Shown here piece after piece: positions 11,309-22,277 of a stretch of DNA of 64,000 bases. Source of the stretch: Nemertoderma westbladi. Taxonomy: Eukaryota > Animalia > Xenacoelomorpha. The stretch's first letter is position 1. Every line of letters starts with the position of its first letter. The stretch is taken from assembly GCA_032718475.1 (NCBI GenBank), contig JAUCBJ010003252.1:14368-78367 (forward strand), in the 5' to 3' direction. A program made the translations under genes and the position numbers. The notes below the pieces were generated by a model. The model was not told the origin of the DNA and did no database searches. It saw nothing but the letters and a program-made list of their open reading frames with translations.

Positions 11309-14084
11309 TACAATAATTACAAATATAATTTTTTTAATAGCTGAAAACATTTTCTTTTTTATACTATAATTATATTTACTTAAAAAAATGAATTTAAAAT
11401 AATTTTATAGATGATGATGAATGTACATTAAACACAGACAACTGCCACATTAATGCTGACTGTTCCAATACTGATGGTGGATTTAGTTGTAGTTGCATGT
11501 CTGGATACACAGGAGATGGTGTCACTACATGTTTAGGTAATAAATAAATTGACATACAATAATTACAAACATAATTTATTTAAAAGCTGAAAACATTTTC
11601 ATTTTCATTTTTATACTTTAATTATATTTACTTAAAAAAATGAATTTAAAATAATTTTATAGATGATGATGAATGTACATTAATCACAGACAACTGCCAC
11701 ATTAATGCTGACTGTTCCAATACTGATGGTGGATTTAGTTGTAGTTGCATGTCTGGATACACAGGAGATGGTGTCACTACATGTTTAGGTAATAAATAAA
11801 TTGACATACAATAATTACAAACATAATTTATTTAAAAGCTGAAAACATTTTCATTTTCATTTTTATACTTTAATTATATTTACTTAAAAAAATGAATTTA
11901 AAATAATTTTATAGATGATGATGAATGTACATGAAACACAGACAACTGCCACATTAATGCTGACTGTTCCAATACTGATGGTGGATTTAGTTGTAGTTGC
12001 ATGTCTGGATACACAGGAGATGGTGTCATTACATGTTTAGGTAATAAATAAATTGACATACAATAATTACAAACATAATTTTTTTAAAAGCTGAAAACAT
12101 TTTCATTTTTATACTATAATTATATTTACTTAGAAAAATGAATTTAAAATAATTTTATAGATGATGATGAATGTACATTAAACACAGACAACTGCCACAT
12201 TAATGCTGACTGTTCCAATACTGATGGTGGATTTAGTTGTAGTTGCATGTCTGGATACACAGGAGATGGTGTCACTACATGTTTAGGTAATAAATAAATT
12301 GACATACAATAATTACAAACATAATTTATTTAAAAGCTGAAAACATTTTCATTTTCATTTTTATACTTTAATTATATTTACTTAGAAAAATGAATTTAAA
12401 ATAATTTTATAGATGATGATGAATGTACATTAAACACAGACAACTGCCACATTAATGCTGACTGTTCCAATACTGATGGTGGATTTAGTTGTAGTTGCAT
12501 GTCTGGATACACAGGAGATGGTGTCATTACATGTTTAGGTAATAAATAAATTGACATACAATAATTACAAACATAATTTTTTTAAAAGCTGAAAACATTT
12601 TCATTTTTATACTATAATTATATTTACTTAGAAAAATGAATTTAAAATAATTTTATAGATGATGATGAATGTACATTAAACACAGACAACTGCCACATTT
12701 ATGCTGACTGTTCCAATACTGATGGTGGATTTAGTTGTAGTTGCATGTCTGGATACACAGGAGATGGTGTCACATGTTTAGGTAATAAATAAATTGACAT
12801 ACAATAATTACAAACATAATTTTTTTAAAAGCTGAAAACATTTTCATTTTTATACTATAATTATATTTACTTAGAAAAATGAATTTAAAATAATTTTATA
12901 GATGATGATGAATGTACATTAAACACAGACAACTGCCACATTAATGCTGACTGTTCCAATACTGATGGTGGATTTAGTTGTAGTTGCATGTCTGGATACA
13001 CAGGAGATGGTGTCATTACATGTTTAGGTAATAAATAAATTGACATACAATAATTACAAACATAATTTTTTTAAAAGCTGAAAACATTTTAATTTTTATA
13101 CTATAATTTTATATTTACTTAGAAAAATGAATTTAAAATAATTTTATAGATGATGATGAATGTACATTAAACTCAGACAACTGCCACATTAATGCTGACT
13201 GTTCCAATACTGATGGTGGATTTAGTTGTAGTTGCATGTCTGGATACACAGGAGATGGTGTCACATGTTTAGGTAATAAATAAATTGACATACAATAATT
13301 ACAAACATAATTTTTTTAAAAGCTGAAAACATTTTCATTTTTATACTATAATTATATTTACTTAAAAAAATGAATTTAAAATAATTTTATAGATGATGAT
13401 GAATGTACATTAAACACAGACAACTGCCACATTAATGCTGACTGTTCCAATACTGATGGTGGATTTAGTTGTAGTTGCTTGTCTGGATACACAGGAGATG
13501 GTGTCACTACATGTTTAGGTAATAAATAAATTGACATACAATAATTACAAACATAATTTATTTAAAAGCTGAAAACATTTTCATTTTAATATTTATACTT
13601 TAATTATATTTACTTAAAAAAATGAATTTAAAATAATTTTATAGATGATGATGAATGTCAATTAAACACAGACAACTGCCACATTAATGCTGACTGTTCC
13701 AATACTGATGGTGGATTTAGTTGTAGTTGCATGTCTGGATACACAGGAGATGGTGTCACTACATGTTTAGGTATTAAATAAATTGACATACAATTACAAA
13801 CATAATTTTTTTAATAGCAGAAAACATTGTCTTTTTTATACTATAGTTATATTTACTTAAAAATTACTTTAAAATTATTTTATAGATTATGATGAATGTC
13901 AATTAAACACAGACAACTGCCACATTAATGCTGACTGTTCCAATACTGATGGAGGATTTAGTTGTAGTTGCAAAAATGATTTCAAAGGAGATGGTGTTAC
14001 ATGTATAGGTAATAAATAAATTGACATACAATAATTACAAACATAATTTTTTTAATAGCTGAAAACATTTTCATTTTTATACTA
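11309..14084 (+). repeat. cbEGF exon+intron tandem array block 2 (11 units)
   Basis: Same unit as block 1, 243-252 bp period. Confidence 0.97.
11411..14008 (+). CDS. cbEGF exons 11411-11536, 11663-11788, 11915-12040, 12161-12286, 12413-12538, 12659-12781, 12902-13027, 13150-13272, 13393-13518, 13645-13770, 13886-14008
   Basis: All have AG/GT borders and are 123/126 nt. Ten are open; the third carries TTA>TGA at 11932-11934. Confidence 0.75.
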
Positions 14085-16125
14085 CTACTACTAGGTCGAG
14101 CGAACTCGGACAGTGGAAATGAGATCCTTCCAGGCTTCCCTTTCCCGATTCTCCATAGTTGTTGCAATTTCGTTTCTCCCAAGTTCAGTATCCCTTTCAA
14201 GTTGATCTATATATTTTATGGCCAGTCGTCCACGACTACGCTTTCCATGCGTTGGTTGCCATAGAAGTAGATCTGGTATGACCTCGTCTTTACTTCGCCA
14301 GCAGTGCCCACTGAATCTTAATCTGCGTTCTCGGAGGGTGGTTGATACAGGTGGTATTGTACCATAAAGCTCGGCGTTTGTCATGTGTTGATTCTAGCTG
14401 ATGTTTAGGGCTGCCCTTAGTAGTCGTGTGTAGCAACCATCAATTGGTTGTTCAAGTGATTTAGTCATCAGTGTCCAGGTCTCACCCCCGTATAAAAATA
14501 CACTTTCCACTGTGGCTCGAAAGAACTTAGTCTTCAGGTGCCTGGATAGATCAGATTTCCAGATGGTATCCATTTTTGATAGAGCTACCTAAGTCTTTGC
14601 TTTCCTAACTTCTATTTCCTTTTTGCTACTCTCTATCCATGATCCAAGGTACTGGAAGTAATTGACCTTCCTTAGTTGATTATTATCAAAGGTTGTCAAG
14701 TTTCCATGAACGTTAAAGGTCATGATTTCGGTCTTGGTAGCATTTATATGCAATCCAACCTCCTTAGCAGCCCTCTCCACTTTATTTAGTAGAAGCTGTG
14801 CATCTGCTAGCGTATTAGAGAGCAGGGCGATGTCATCCGCAAAGTCGGTGTCTGTGACTGTAGTTGCGGGATATCTACTACTTCTGCGTTCTTGAAGTGT
14901 GAATCCCAGATCTTAACCGTTTGTGGCTGTCCTCATTGCGTAATCCAGCACAATTACAAATAGTAATGGTGCTAATGTGTCACCTTGCAGTACGCCAGTC
15001 AGGATTGAGAAAAACTCAGTTTCACCATCTGGTGAGAGTACCTGCGCTTCTGTGTCACAATATAACAATCCAATGCCAGCAACAATTACTTCTGGTATTC
15101 CATAAGCTCTTAGGATTTCAAGCTTTTTATTTCTATGGATGGAGTCGATTGCCTTCTTGAAGTCCACAAAAGTCATGACTGCGGGGAGATTCTTTGACTT
15201 AATTCCTTCTATCAGTCTCCATAGTGCAAGTATCTGAGCTATTGTTGATCTACTTGGTCGAAATCCGTTTTGGCTCTTACGCAGTAGTTTCTCTATGTGA
15301 GGCCTAATCCTATATAGAATCATTTTATTGTATATTTTGGCAGCTACCACAAGCAGACAGATCCCACGATAGTTTGTTGGTATGCCGAGGTCTCCTTTCT
15401 TGGGGAGAGGCTTTAGTTGACCTTTAGTCCAAATTGGTGGTGGCTTTTCCCCTTTTAACATCCGGTTGCAAACATTCAATACTGGTCTGTTTAGCACTCC
15501 GGTTTTCCATACCTCCGCTGGGATTTCATCTAATCCACTCGCTTTATTATTGGACATGCTTTTAATGCTTCTTTGGAGTTCGGTCGGCAGGTGTGATGTC
15601 CCCTGTTTCTATAGGTTGTTGCTTGTCATATATTTTCCTTGTTGGGCTGACCTCGATGTTTGGTGGCTGCCCAGCAGAATTCCTACTCCAATTGATGCAT
15701 TGGCCGAGTTTCTTACTGCTGAGCTTGTTACTAATGTCTATCCATTTCCAATGCCATTGTACTTCATGGCAGTGTCTTCATGACAAATCCGATGTTATTG
15801 GATGCAGATGATGTCGATGTTGTATTCCATTGCCAGAGCGACCATGTCACCCTGTTTGGTATGTGCTTTCAGCGTGCGTGCGTTCATTGTAGCAATCTGT
15901 AGTGTCTTTTTACATTTCATCAGGTTGGTTCTTCTTCCTTCTGTCTTCTGTTCCAGTACCCGATTTATTGAACCCAGCCTGGTGTACCACTGAGGGACGC
16001 GGTCCTTGTTGACCCGGGCGACGACTGAGCCGGTATTTCTCCTGGAGGGTTCTCATACTCATATCTTTCAGTTGCGAGAGTAAACCGCTTGTGGTCGCAA
16101 CTCCTACAAGCGTCTTCGCAATTCG
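14085..16125 (-). mobile_element. RTE-clade LINE (family A), internally deleted, in an EGF intron
   Basis: 14-bp TSD tcatttttatacta (14071-14084, 16126-16139). The (TAG)n tail begins at the ORF stop. Motifs IATMNARTL, NYRGICLL, QNGFR, FVDFKKA, GVLQGDTLAP, DFADD, RRLRFSGHCWR. Confidence 0.93.
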
Positions 16126-16896
16126 TCATTTTTATACTATAATTATATTTACTTTATTTAAAAATGAATTTAAAATAATTTTATAGATGATGATGAATGT
16201 CAATTAAACACAGACAACTGCCACATAAATACTGACTGTTCCAATACTGATGTTGGATTTAGTTGTAGTTGCATGTCTGGATATGCAGGAAATGGTGTAT
16301 AGCTAATAAATAAATTGACATACAATTACAAACATAATTTTTTTAATAGCTGAAAATATTTTCTTTTTTATACTATATTTATATTTACTTAAAAAAATGA
16401 ATTTAAAATAATTTTATAGATGATTAATGTACATTTAACACGGACAACTGCCACATTAATGCTGACTGTTCCAATACTGATGGTTGTAGTTGCAAAACTG
16501 GATACACAGGATATGGTGTCACTACATGTACAGGTAATAAATAAATTGACATACAATAATTACAAACATAATTTTTTTAATAGCTGAAAACATTGACTTT
16601 TTTATACTATATTTATATTTACTTAAAAATGAATTTAAAATAATTTTATAGATGCTGATGAATGCACATTAAACACAGACAACTGTCACATTAAGGCTGA
16701 CTGTTACAATACTGATGGTGGATTTAGTTGTAGTTGCAAAACTGGATACACAGGAGATGGTGTCACTACATGTACAGGTAATAAATAAATTGACATAAAA
16801 TAAATTATAAACAAAATTTTGTTAATAGATGAAAAATGAATTTAAAAATTTTTTATTGATGATGAATGTCAATTAAACACAGACAACTGCCACATT
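16126..16896 (+). pseudogene. cbEGF array block 3: degenerating units (exons ~16187-16302, 16420-16533, 16652-16777, truncated ~16859-16896)
   Basis: Same unit with deletions and stops; only 16652-16777 is intact. The last exon is cut after ...tgccacatt by an LTR. Confidence 0.85.
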
Positions 16897-19180
16897 TGTA
16901 TTTATTTATTTATACCAGGCAAAGTACACCCATATTAAACATTATATACATACACCATAACAAAGAATCAGTAAACTACAGTAATATACTGTATGTAGTA
17001 ATCAAACCAGAGAACGAGGGTCCCGAGCAGGGAAGCACAAAAAAAATATTTTTATATAGATAATGTATAACCAGTAAGTATGAAGAGCATACTGCATAAT
17101 AAACGTGAAAGTAACTAATGCAAAGTTATATAATGCGTCATAATGGTTGTCCAGGGAACTGGGGCCAACAATACGGCTCGTGTGGAAGTTTTACTGGTAG
17201 TGGTAGTACAATTACCACTACCTTGCTGCAATGCTATACAATAGAATTCTATTAAATCGCATCAGGGATCCCCTTGAGGTCTTTAAAATACATGAGTGTT
17301 TAAAGCTCATTTATCCCATCATAGTAGACATGTACCGAACAAAAAGAGTCCCAAAAGAAATGAAAACAAATAAGTTGGTGCCAGTTCCCAAGAAGGGCAA
17401 CCTAACACCCTATGGCTCTTTTCGGGGAATCTCATTGATCTCGTTTGCTGCAAAGCTATACAATAGAATTCTATTAAATCGCATCAGGGATCCCATTGAG
17501 AGACTGCTCCATGGAAATCAGAATGGGTTCCGTAAAGGTCGTGGGACCATGGAACCCATATTGGCACTTAGAAGGATAATTGAAGAGTTATCAAAAAAGA
17601 AAGACAGGCATCTGGCTGTTATCTTTGTTGACTTCTTCAAAGCCTTTGATTCAGTCTCCCGCTCACGTATGTTCAGCATACTTTCATTATATGGGATTCC
17701 TGATGAAATTATTGCAGCAATCAGATCAGTATACGATGGTTCGACAACATTTGTGTCTACTGTTGATGGTGACACAGAACCATTTGAAGTGTTATGGGGC
17801 GTCCTCCAGGGAGACACACTTGCACCATTCTTGTTCATAATTGTGGTTGACTATGTTCTACGCATGTCCTTAGATCATCATAATGATGATGGGGTGATGA
17901 TAACTCCACCTACTGGCTCCAGAAGTCGAGGAATTCCTGCCAAGTACTTAACTGATCTAGACTTTGCGGATGACTTAGGAGTACTCTCAGAATTACTAGA
18001 GGGAGCCGAACGTCTCCTCAGCTCATTAGAACATGCTGCTTCTAGTGTTGGTCTTTTTATTAACTCCAGAAAGACCAAAATTTTGACAGTTAACTTTGAA
18101 AGTTCTCAGCAAGTCTCTGACCGGATGAGCATAAGCTCAAAGTATGGTATGCTTGAGCATGTGGACGACTTCTGTTACCTGGGATCATGGATCCGGAAGT
18201 CAGGTGAGGACCTTCGAATACGTAAGGGAAAGGCATGGGCAGCCTTGAATAGGCTTTCCAGGATTTGGAAGTCACCGAGAATTAATCGGAAACTTAAGGT
18301 CCGATTATTTAGAGCAGCAGTAGTTCCAGTATTCCTCTATGGGAGTCCATGTTGGGATCTAACTGCTGAGGTCACCAAATCTCTGGATGGCACATTCACA
18401 AGAATGCTATGCCGGGTTCATTGTGTCAAGTACAATGCACACATCTCCAACCAGACACTATTGACACTATAACACTATAACATTGGAGGTGTCTCATTGG
18501 TTCCCCCAAGCTTGACACTAGAACAAAATCGCCTCCGCTTTGCAGGACATTGCTTTCGCTTGAGGACCAGCCAGTGCATAATCTTGTACTCTGGCAGCCT
18601 CATGGAGTGAATAAGCATGGTGGACAGCCCATGACTTTCTTGAGACGCATCTTAAAGGACACTGGCCTTGAAGATGCAGATGATCTAGCAAATGTCATGG
18701 GTGATAGGGAGTTGTGGCGGCGCAATTTTGTCGACAAGCCGGCACAGCATTCTTAAAAATGCAGCTGCAATGCAGCATGCCGATACTAGTAGTAGTAGTA
18801 GGTAGTACAATTACATAGCACGGCACAGCACAGCGAGCGAGTGGTGAAAACTATTTATCTACTACAGATATAAATTGCCAACTGAGTATTACTGCGCACG
18901 TGATGGTTAATATAGATAGAGAAAATATATGGCCTGTCAGGTCTACACTCATTGGCTTTTGTGGTTGATACAACTGCCCTCCCATTGGTTGCCTTATATC
19001 ATGCCACATAGCTCATCCCCTTTGGCCTTTATTGCCCTTGACTCACTGTGGGTGGATTATTAGTCCACCTTGTTGTGTCCACCATGTCTTATTGGATGTC
19101 ACTGGTAGCCTTGTTAAATTGGCTCCCCCGCATTTTATAGGTTGGAAGCGCATAACCGCTAACAGAATAATACGCTAACA
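16897..19180 (-). mobile_element. 3' LTR (~0.7 kb after removing the nested RTE) of an LTR retrotransposon
   Basis: On the minus strand, a polypurine tract atggggggag (19190-19181) is followed by TGTTAGCG...AAATACA. A second copy lies at 40788-42291. Confidence 0.7.
17216..18800 (+). mobile_element. 5'-truncated RTE-clade LINE (family B); RT ORF 17231-18472 continuing to 18756
   Basis: 14-bp TSD ggtagtacaattac (17202-17215, 18801-18814) and a (TAG)n tail. Motifs FRGISL, NQNGFR, FVDFFKAFDSV, GVLQGDTLAP, DLDFADD, YLGS. The empty site is visible in the other LTR copy (~41972-41990). Confidence 0.95.
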
Positions 19181-19399
19181 CTCCCCCCATGCTATCTTCC
19201 TGGTTAGAAGATAGCATCTACCACAAGTGCACTCCAATTCCGGGGAACCCAACCTACTACTATCGGATCCCAATTAATTTTGGGGGTTTTCTCATTAATT
19301 TTGGTGTGAATATTGACTCAGTGAGAGCCAGAATTACCTAGGGAAAGGATAAGCTGTTATAAGTCCCACTTATACACAAATGGCTCATTTTGGTACGAG

Positions 19400-19740
19400 C
19401 AATACCATGAAATCCGATAAAGGAACGAATTACATCAGCACTAATAATGAAATAAAATCATATGTGAAGGAATTGAACCAATGGCAAGTGGATAACCAAA
19501 CTCCATAGAACCGATTCCAATTGGACATTTAAGGCGTCGGATGCTCCTCGGTGGGGATGAAGATGAAGTTGGGAGAGATTGATACTTAGTGTCAAGATTT
19601 CAATTCAGTTAGTTGTACCGTGTCGAACATATCTCACTTGCAAACTCCTATGCACCTTGATGGAGGAAATCACAGCGTACATTAATGATAGACCACTAAT
19701 GCCAGTGACAATGAACCCAAACAGCATGAAAATATTAATA
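19400..19740 (+). pseudogene. Degraded BEL/Pao integrase remnant
   Basis: Fragments SDKGTNY, WTFKASDAPRWG..WERLILSVK and INDRPL can be read across stops and frameshifts. Confidence 0.6.
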
Positions 19741-20745
19741 TAGGGGATTTTGTGTAAATAGTAGATGCATATCTCCCACGAAAAAGATGGTAAACGGGTC
19801 GTTTTAAAATACGGCAGGCATTTGTTTATTTGTACCTAATTTTTTACGTTTTTATAGATTAAATAGCACCCTGACTTATTTATTTGTAAGAAATTGTATT
19901 AATTACTTAGATATTGTAGACCAGCAACGCAGAAATCAGAGGACATTTAATATAGCCCATATAGTGTATTCAAAGTGCTATACGGGAATAACATGCTACA
20001 GTATAATCATGGCAGTAAGGAGGCTTACTAGGATCCCCAAGTGGAATCTGGCAGCCTGGAACTAGACCGCTACAAAAAGTTGATGCGACAGAGCCTTTAG
20101 CCTTTAGGCCTAACATTTCTTGGAGGCTGGACATCATTACATACTGATTAGTATGGATTGCGAAATTGGATAATGGGTATATTTGGACGTTAATCGATAG
20201 GTTTGGTTTGATGATAAACTAATATTATCACGCAGCCTACCACATCATCTTACCCCCTTGTTTTAAATAGGCCTACCAGTAGTCAACTATTTTTTTCTCT
20301 CCTAATAAAAAATTATGATAATGGATGATAATAAATTTATCTTTACGAGGTTTCTTTATTATATAATAATAATAAATTACTAGTAATAATGAATAATAAT
20401 AATGGTAATTAACTAATTAATGAATGTAATTCTAATTAATTATTGTTAAGTGTGCGGTGTACCGGATATACGATTTAAATAATTCTGATTATTGTTAAGG
20501 GTGTACCGGTGATATCAATTCAATTCAATTTATTTACCCAATAATATCTAAAATTGCACAAAATATTGCACAAATATGTATATATATATATATATAAACA
20601 GCAATTGAGATAAAATGATTCACAGATTCAGTTATTATATTTAATTTCCAATTAAAACAATATTATGGCAAATAAAATAAATAAAATAATAATTAAAGTT
20701 ATCTTCAGGCAAATTATAGAATTATCCAATATATATATATAGGGG

Positions 20746-21551
20746 TTGGAGAATGGCCGATGTTACTACACAATTTGCAGCGGCAGCTATTCAGACACAG
20801 TTAGAATCTCTAAAAATGATAAAAAACGAAATAAAAGTAAATATACCATATTTTATGTTAGTAACACTGAACCTATATTAGGATCAATACAAAAGATAGT
20901 AGACAAACATACACCTATTCTAAGAACAGACATCAGGACCAAGCAACTCATTGACTCTTATAAAATAGTAAATATTAACCGCAGGGCCCCTATGCTAAAG
21001 GGAATTTTAGCTCCATCCAGTTTAACATCAAAGCAGAAGAACCAGGCAAATACAACACATGCTGGATCTAAAAAATGTACAGAAGACAGAAATGTATACC
21101 ATGTGAAGCGATAAAACCAACAAAACAATTCGGATTAACCTCGACCCGTTTGAAAACTAAATATGAAATTAAACAGCGCCTTACCTGTGATGACAAAGAT
21201 ATAATATATTTAGCAAAATGTAAAATATGTAACTTACAAGGAATCGGATCAACAGAAACATTTAAACCAAGGCTATCACAATATAAGTGTAATATAAAGA
21301 ATCATAAGCCACAAACGACTATAGAGAAACATTTTTGTAAAAATGAAAACCATGATTTTTCGCATTTCGAAATAACACCCATTGAAAAGGTTCATTACAA
21401 AGGCAGGGGAAAGAAAGATCAGCGACGGGAGATCCGTACAAGGGAAGGATACTGGCAGTGCACCTTAAGAACAATCAAGCCATTTGGTCTCAACACTATA
21501 AATGAAGCGGTTTGCAATAATTTCGGCTTAGACGTATTTAATCCAGATTAG
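20746..21551 (+). pseudogene. Penelope-like element 3' portion, GIY-YIG endonuclease
   Basis: C..CIPC, LTCDDKDIIYLAKCKICNLQGIGST...R...HF...H, REGYWQCTLRTIKPFGLN. One frameshift at ~21075. Flanked by (TA)n tracts. Confidence 0.85.
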
Positions 21552-21641
21552 AGAACTCATTATGTAGACTAATGTACTGTAGACGCTTAATTTCATGAAA
21601 ACTGTAATGAATTAGCTATTTATTTATTTAATTATTTAAAT

Positions 21642-21681
21642 CACTTGAAAAATAAATATTATATTATTTCGAAAGCTTGTG
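21642..21681 (+). ncRNA. Putative degenerate minimal hammerhead ribozyme in the Penelope pLTR
   Basis: cac-TTGAAAA-[AT-rich stem II]-cGAAAGCTT-gtg: U3-A8 core variant with palindromic AGCU stem III, ~90 nt after the ORF stop. Confidence 0.5.
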
Positions 21682-22009
21682 TAATTTCTTATAATTTTTA
21701 TTTAACGTGGTTGATCTTGGTTTCCTTACAATTATATTTATATATTTATATATATATAAATATTACATTACTGGGAGGCACCAACTAATAGCATAGCTAG
21801 TAAATTTTGGTGCCTGGTGAGGAGAGCAGGAGGGGAGAGGGAGGGATGATACAACGGCGATGAGAAGCCTTCGAACATACCATTGTATATGATGGTTGGT
21901 TGTACAGAACATGGACGCTAAGTCATCATCTGTTATGACAACCATGGCAGTAAGAGACACAATTAAAGGGAAGGAGAACGAATATAGTATGGAGGCTATT
22001 GACATGATT

Positions 22010-22277
22010 TGATGCAGATTCTACATAGACAATGGAATGGGTTCCGACTCCATCCATGAAATCGTTGGGATGGGTCATGAAGTTTGCAACATCCTGAAAA
22101 AATCGGGATTCAACCTGAAAAAGTTCCAGTCGAATTCCCAGGAATTCATGTGGGCCATAGAGGACAAACAACAAGATGTCAAGCTAGAGAAGCCAATGAC
22201 GAAGAAAGAGCAGATTATGGCTGATAAGAGGGTAGAATCACAACAGAAGGCCTTAGGGTTCGTGTTGAATTGGAGAT
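22010..22277 (+). pseudogene. BEL/Pao reverse transcriptase C-terminal remnant
   Basis: FYIDNG...NILKKSGFNLKKFQSNS...QKALG. Confidence 0.6.

Noticed and set aside
83-14008. Assigning a gene symbol (e.g. fibrillin, nidogen)
   Set aside because: Only cbEGF modules are visible; no TB, G2, ZP, signal or transmembrane exon identifies the gene.
16897-16915. (TAAA)n as a LINE/SINE tail
   Set aside because: It ends in TACA and pairs with a PPT-TGT boundary at 19180, so it is better explained as an LTR end.
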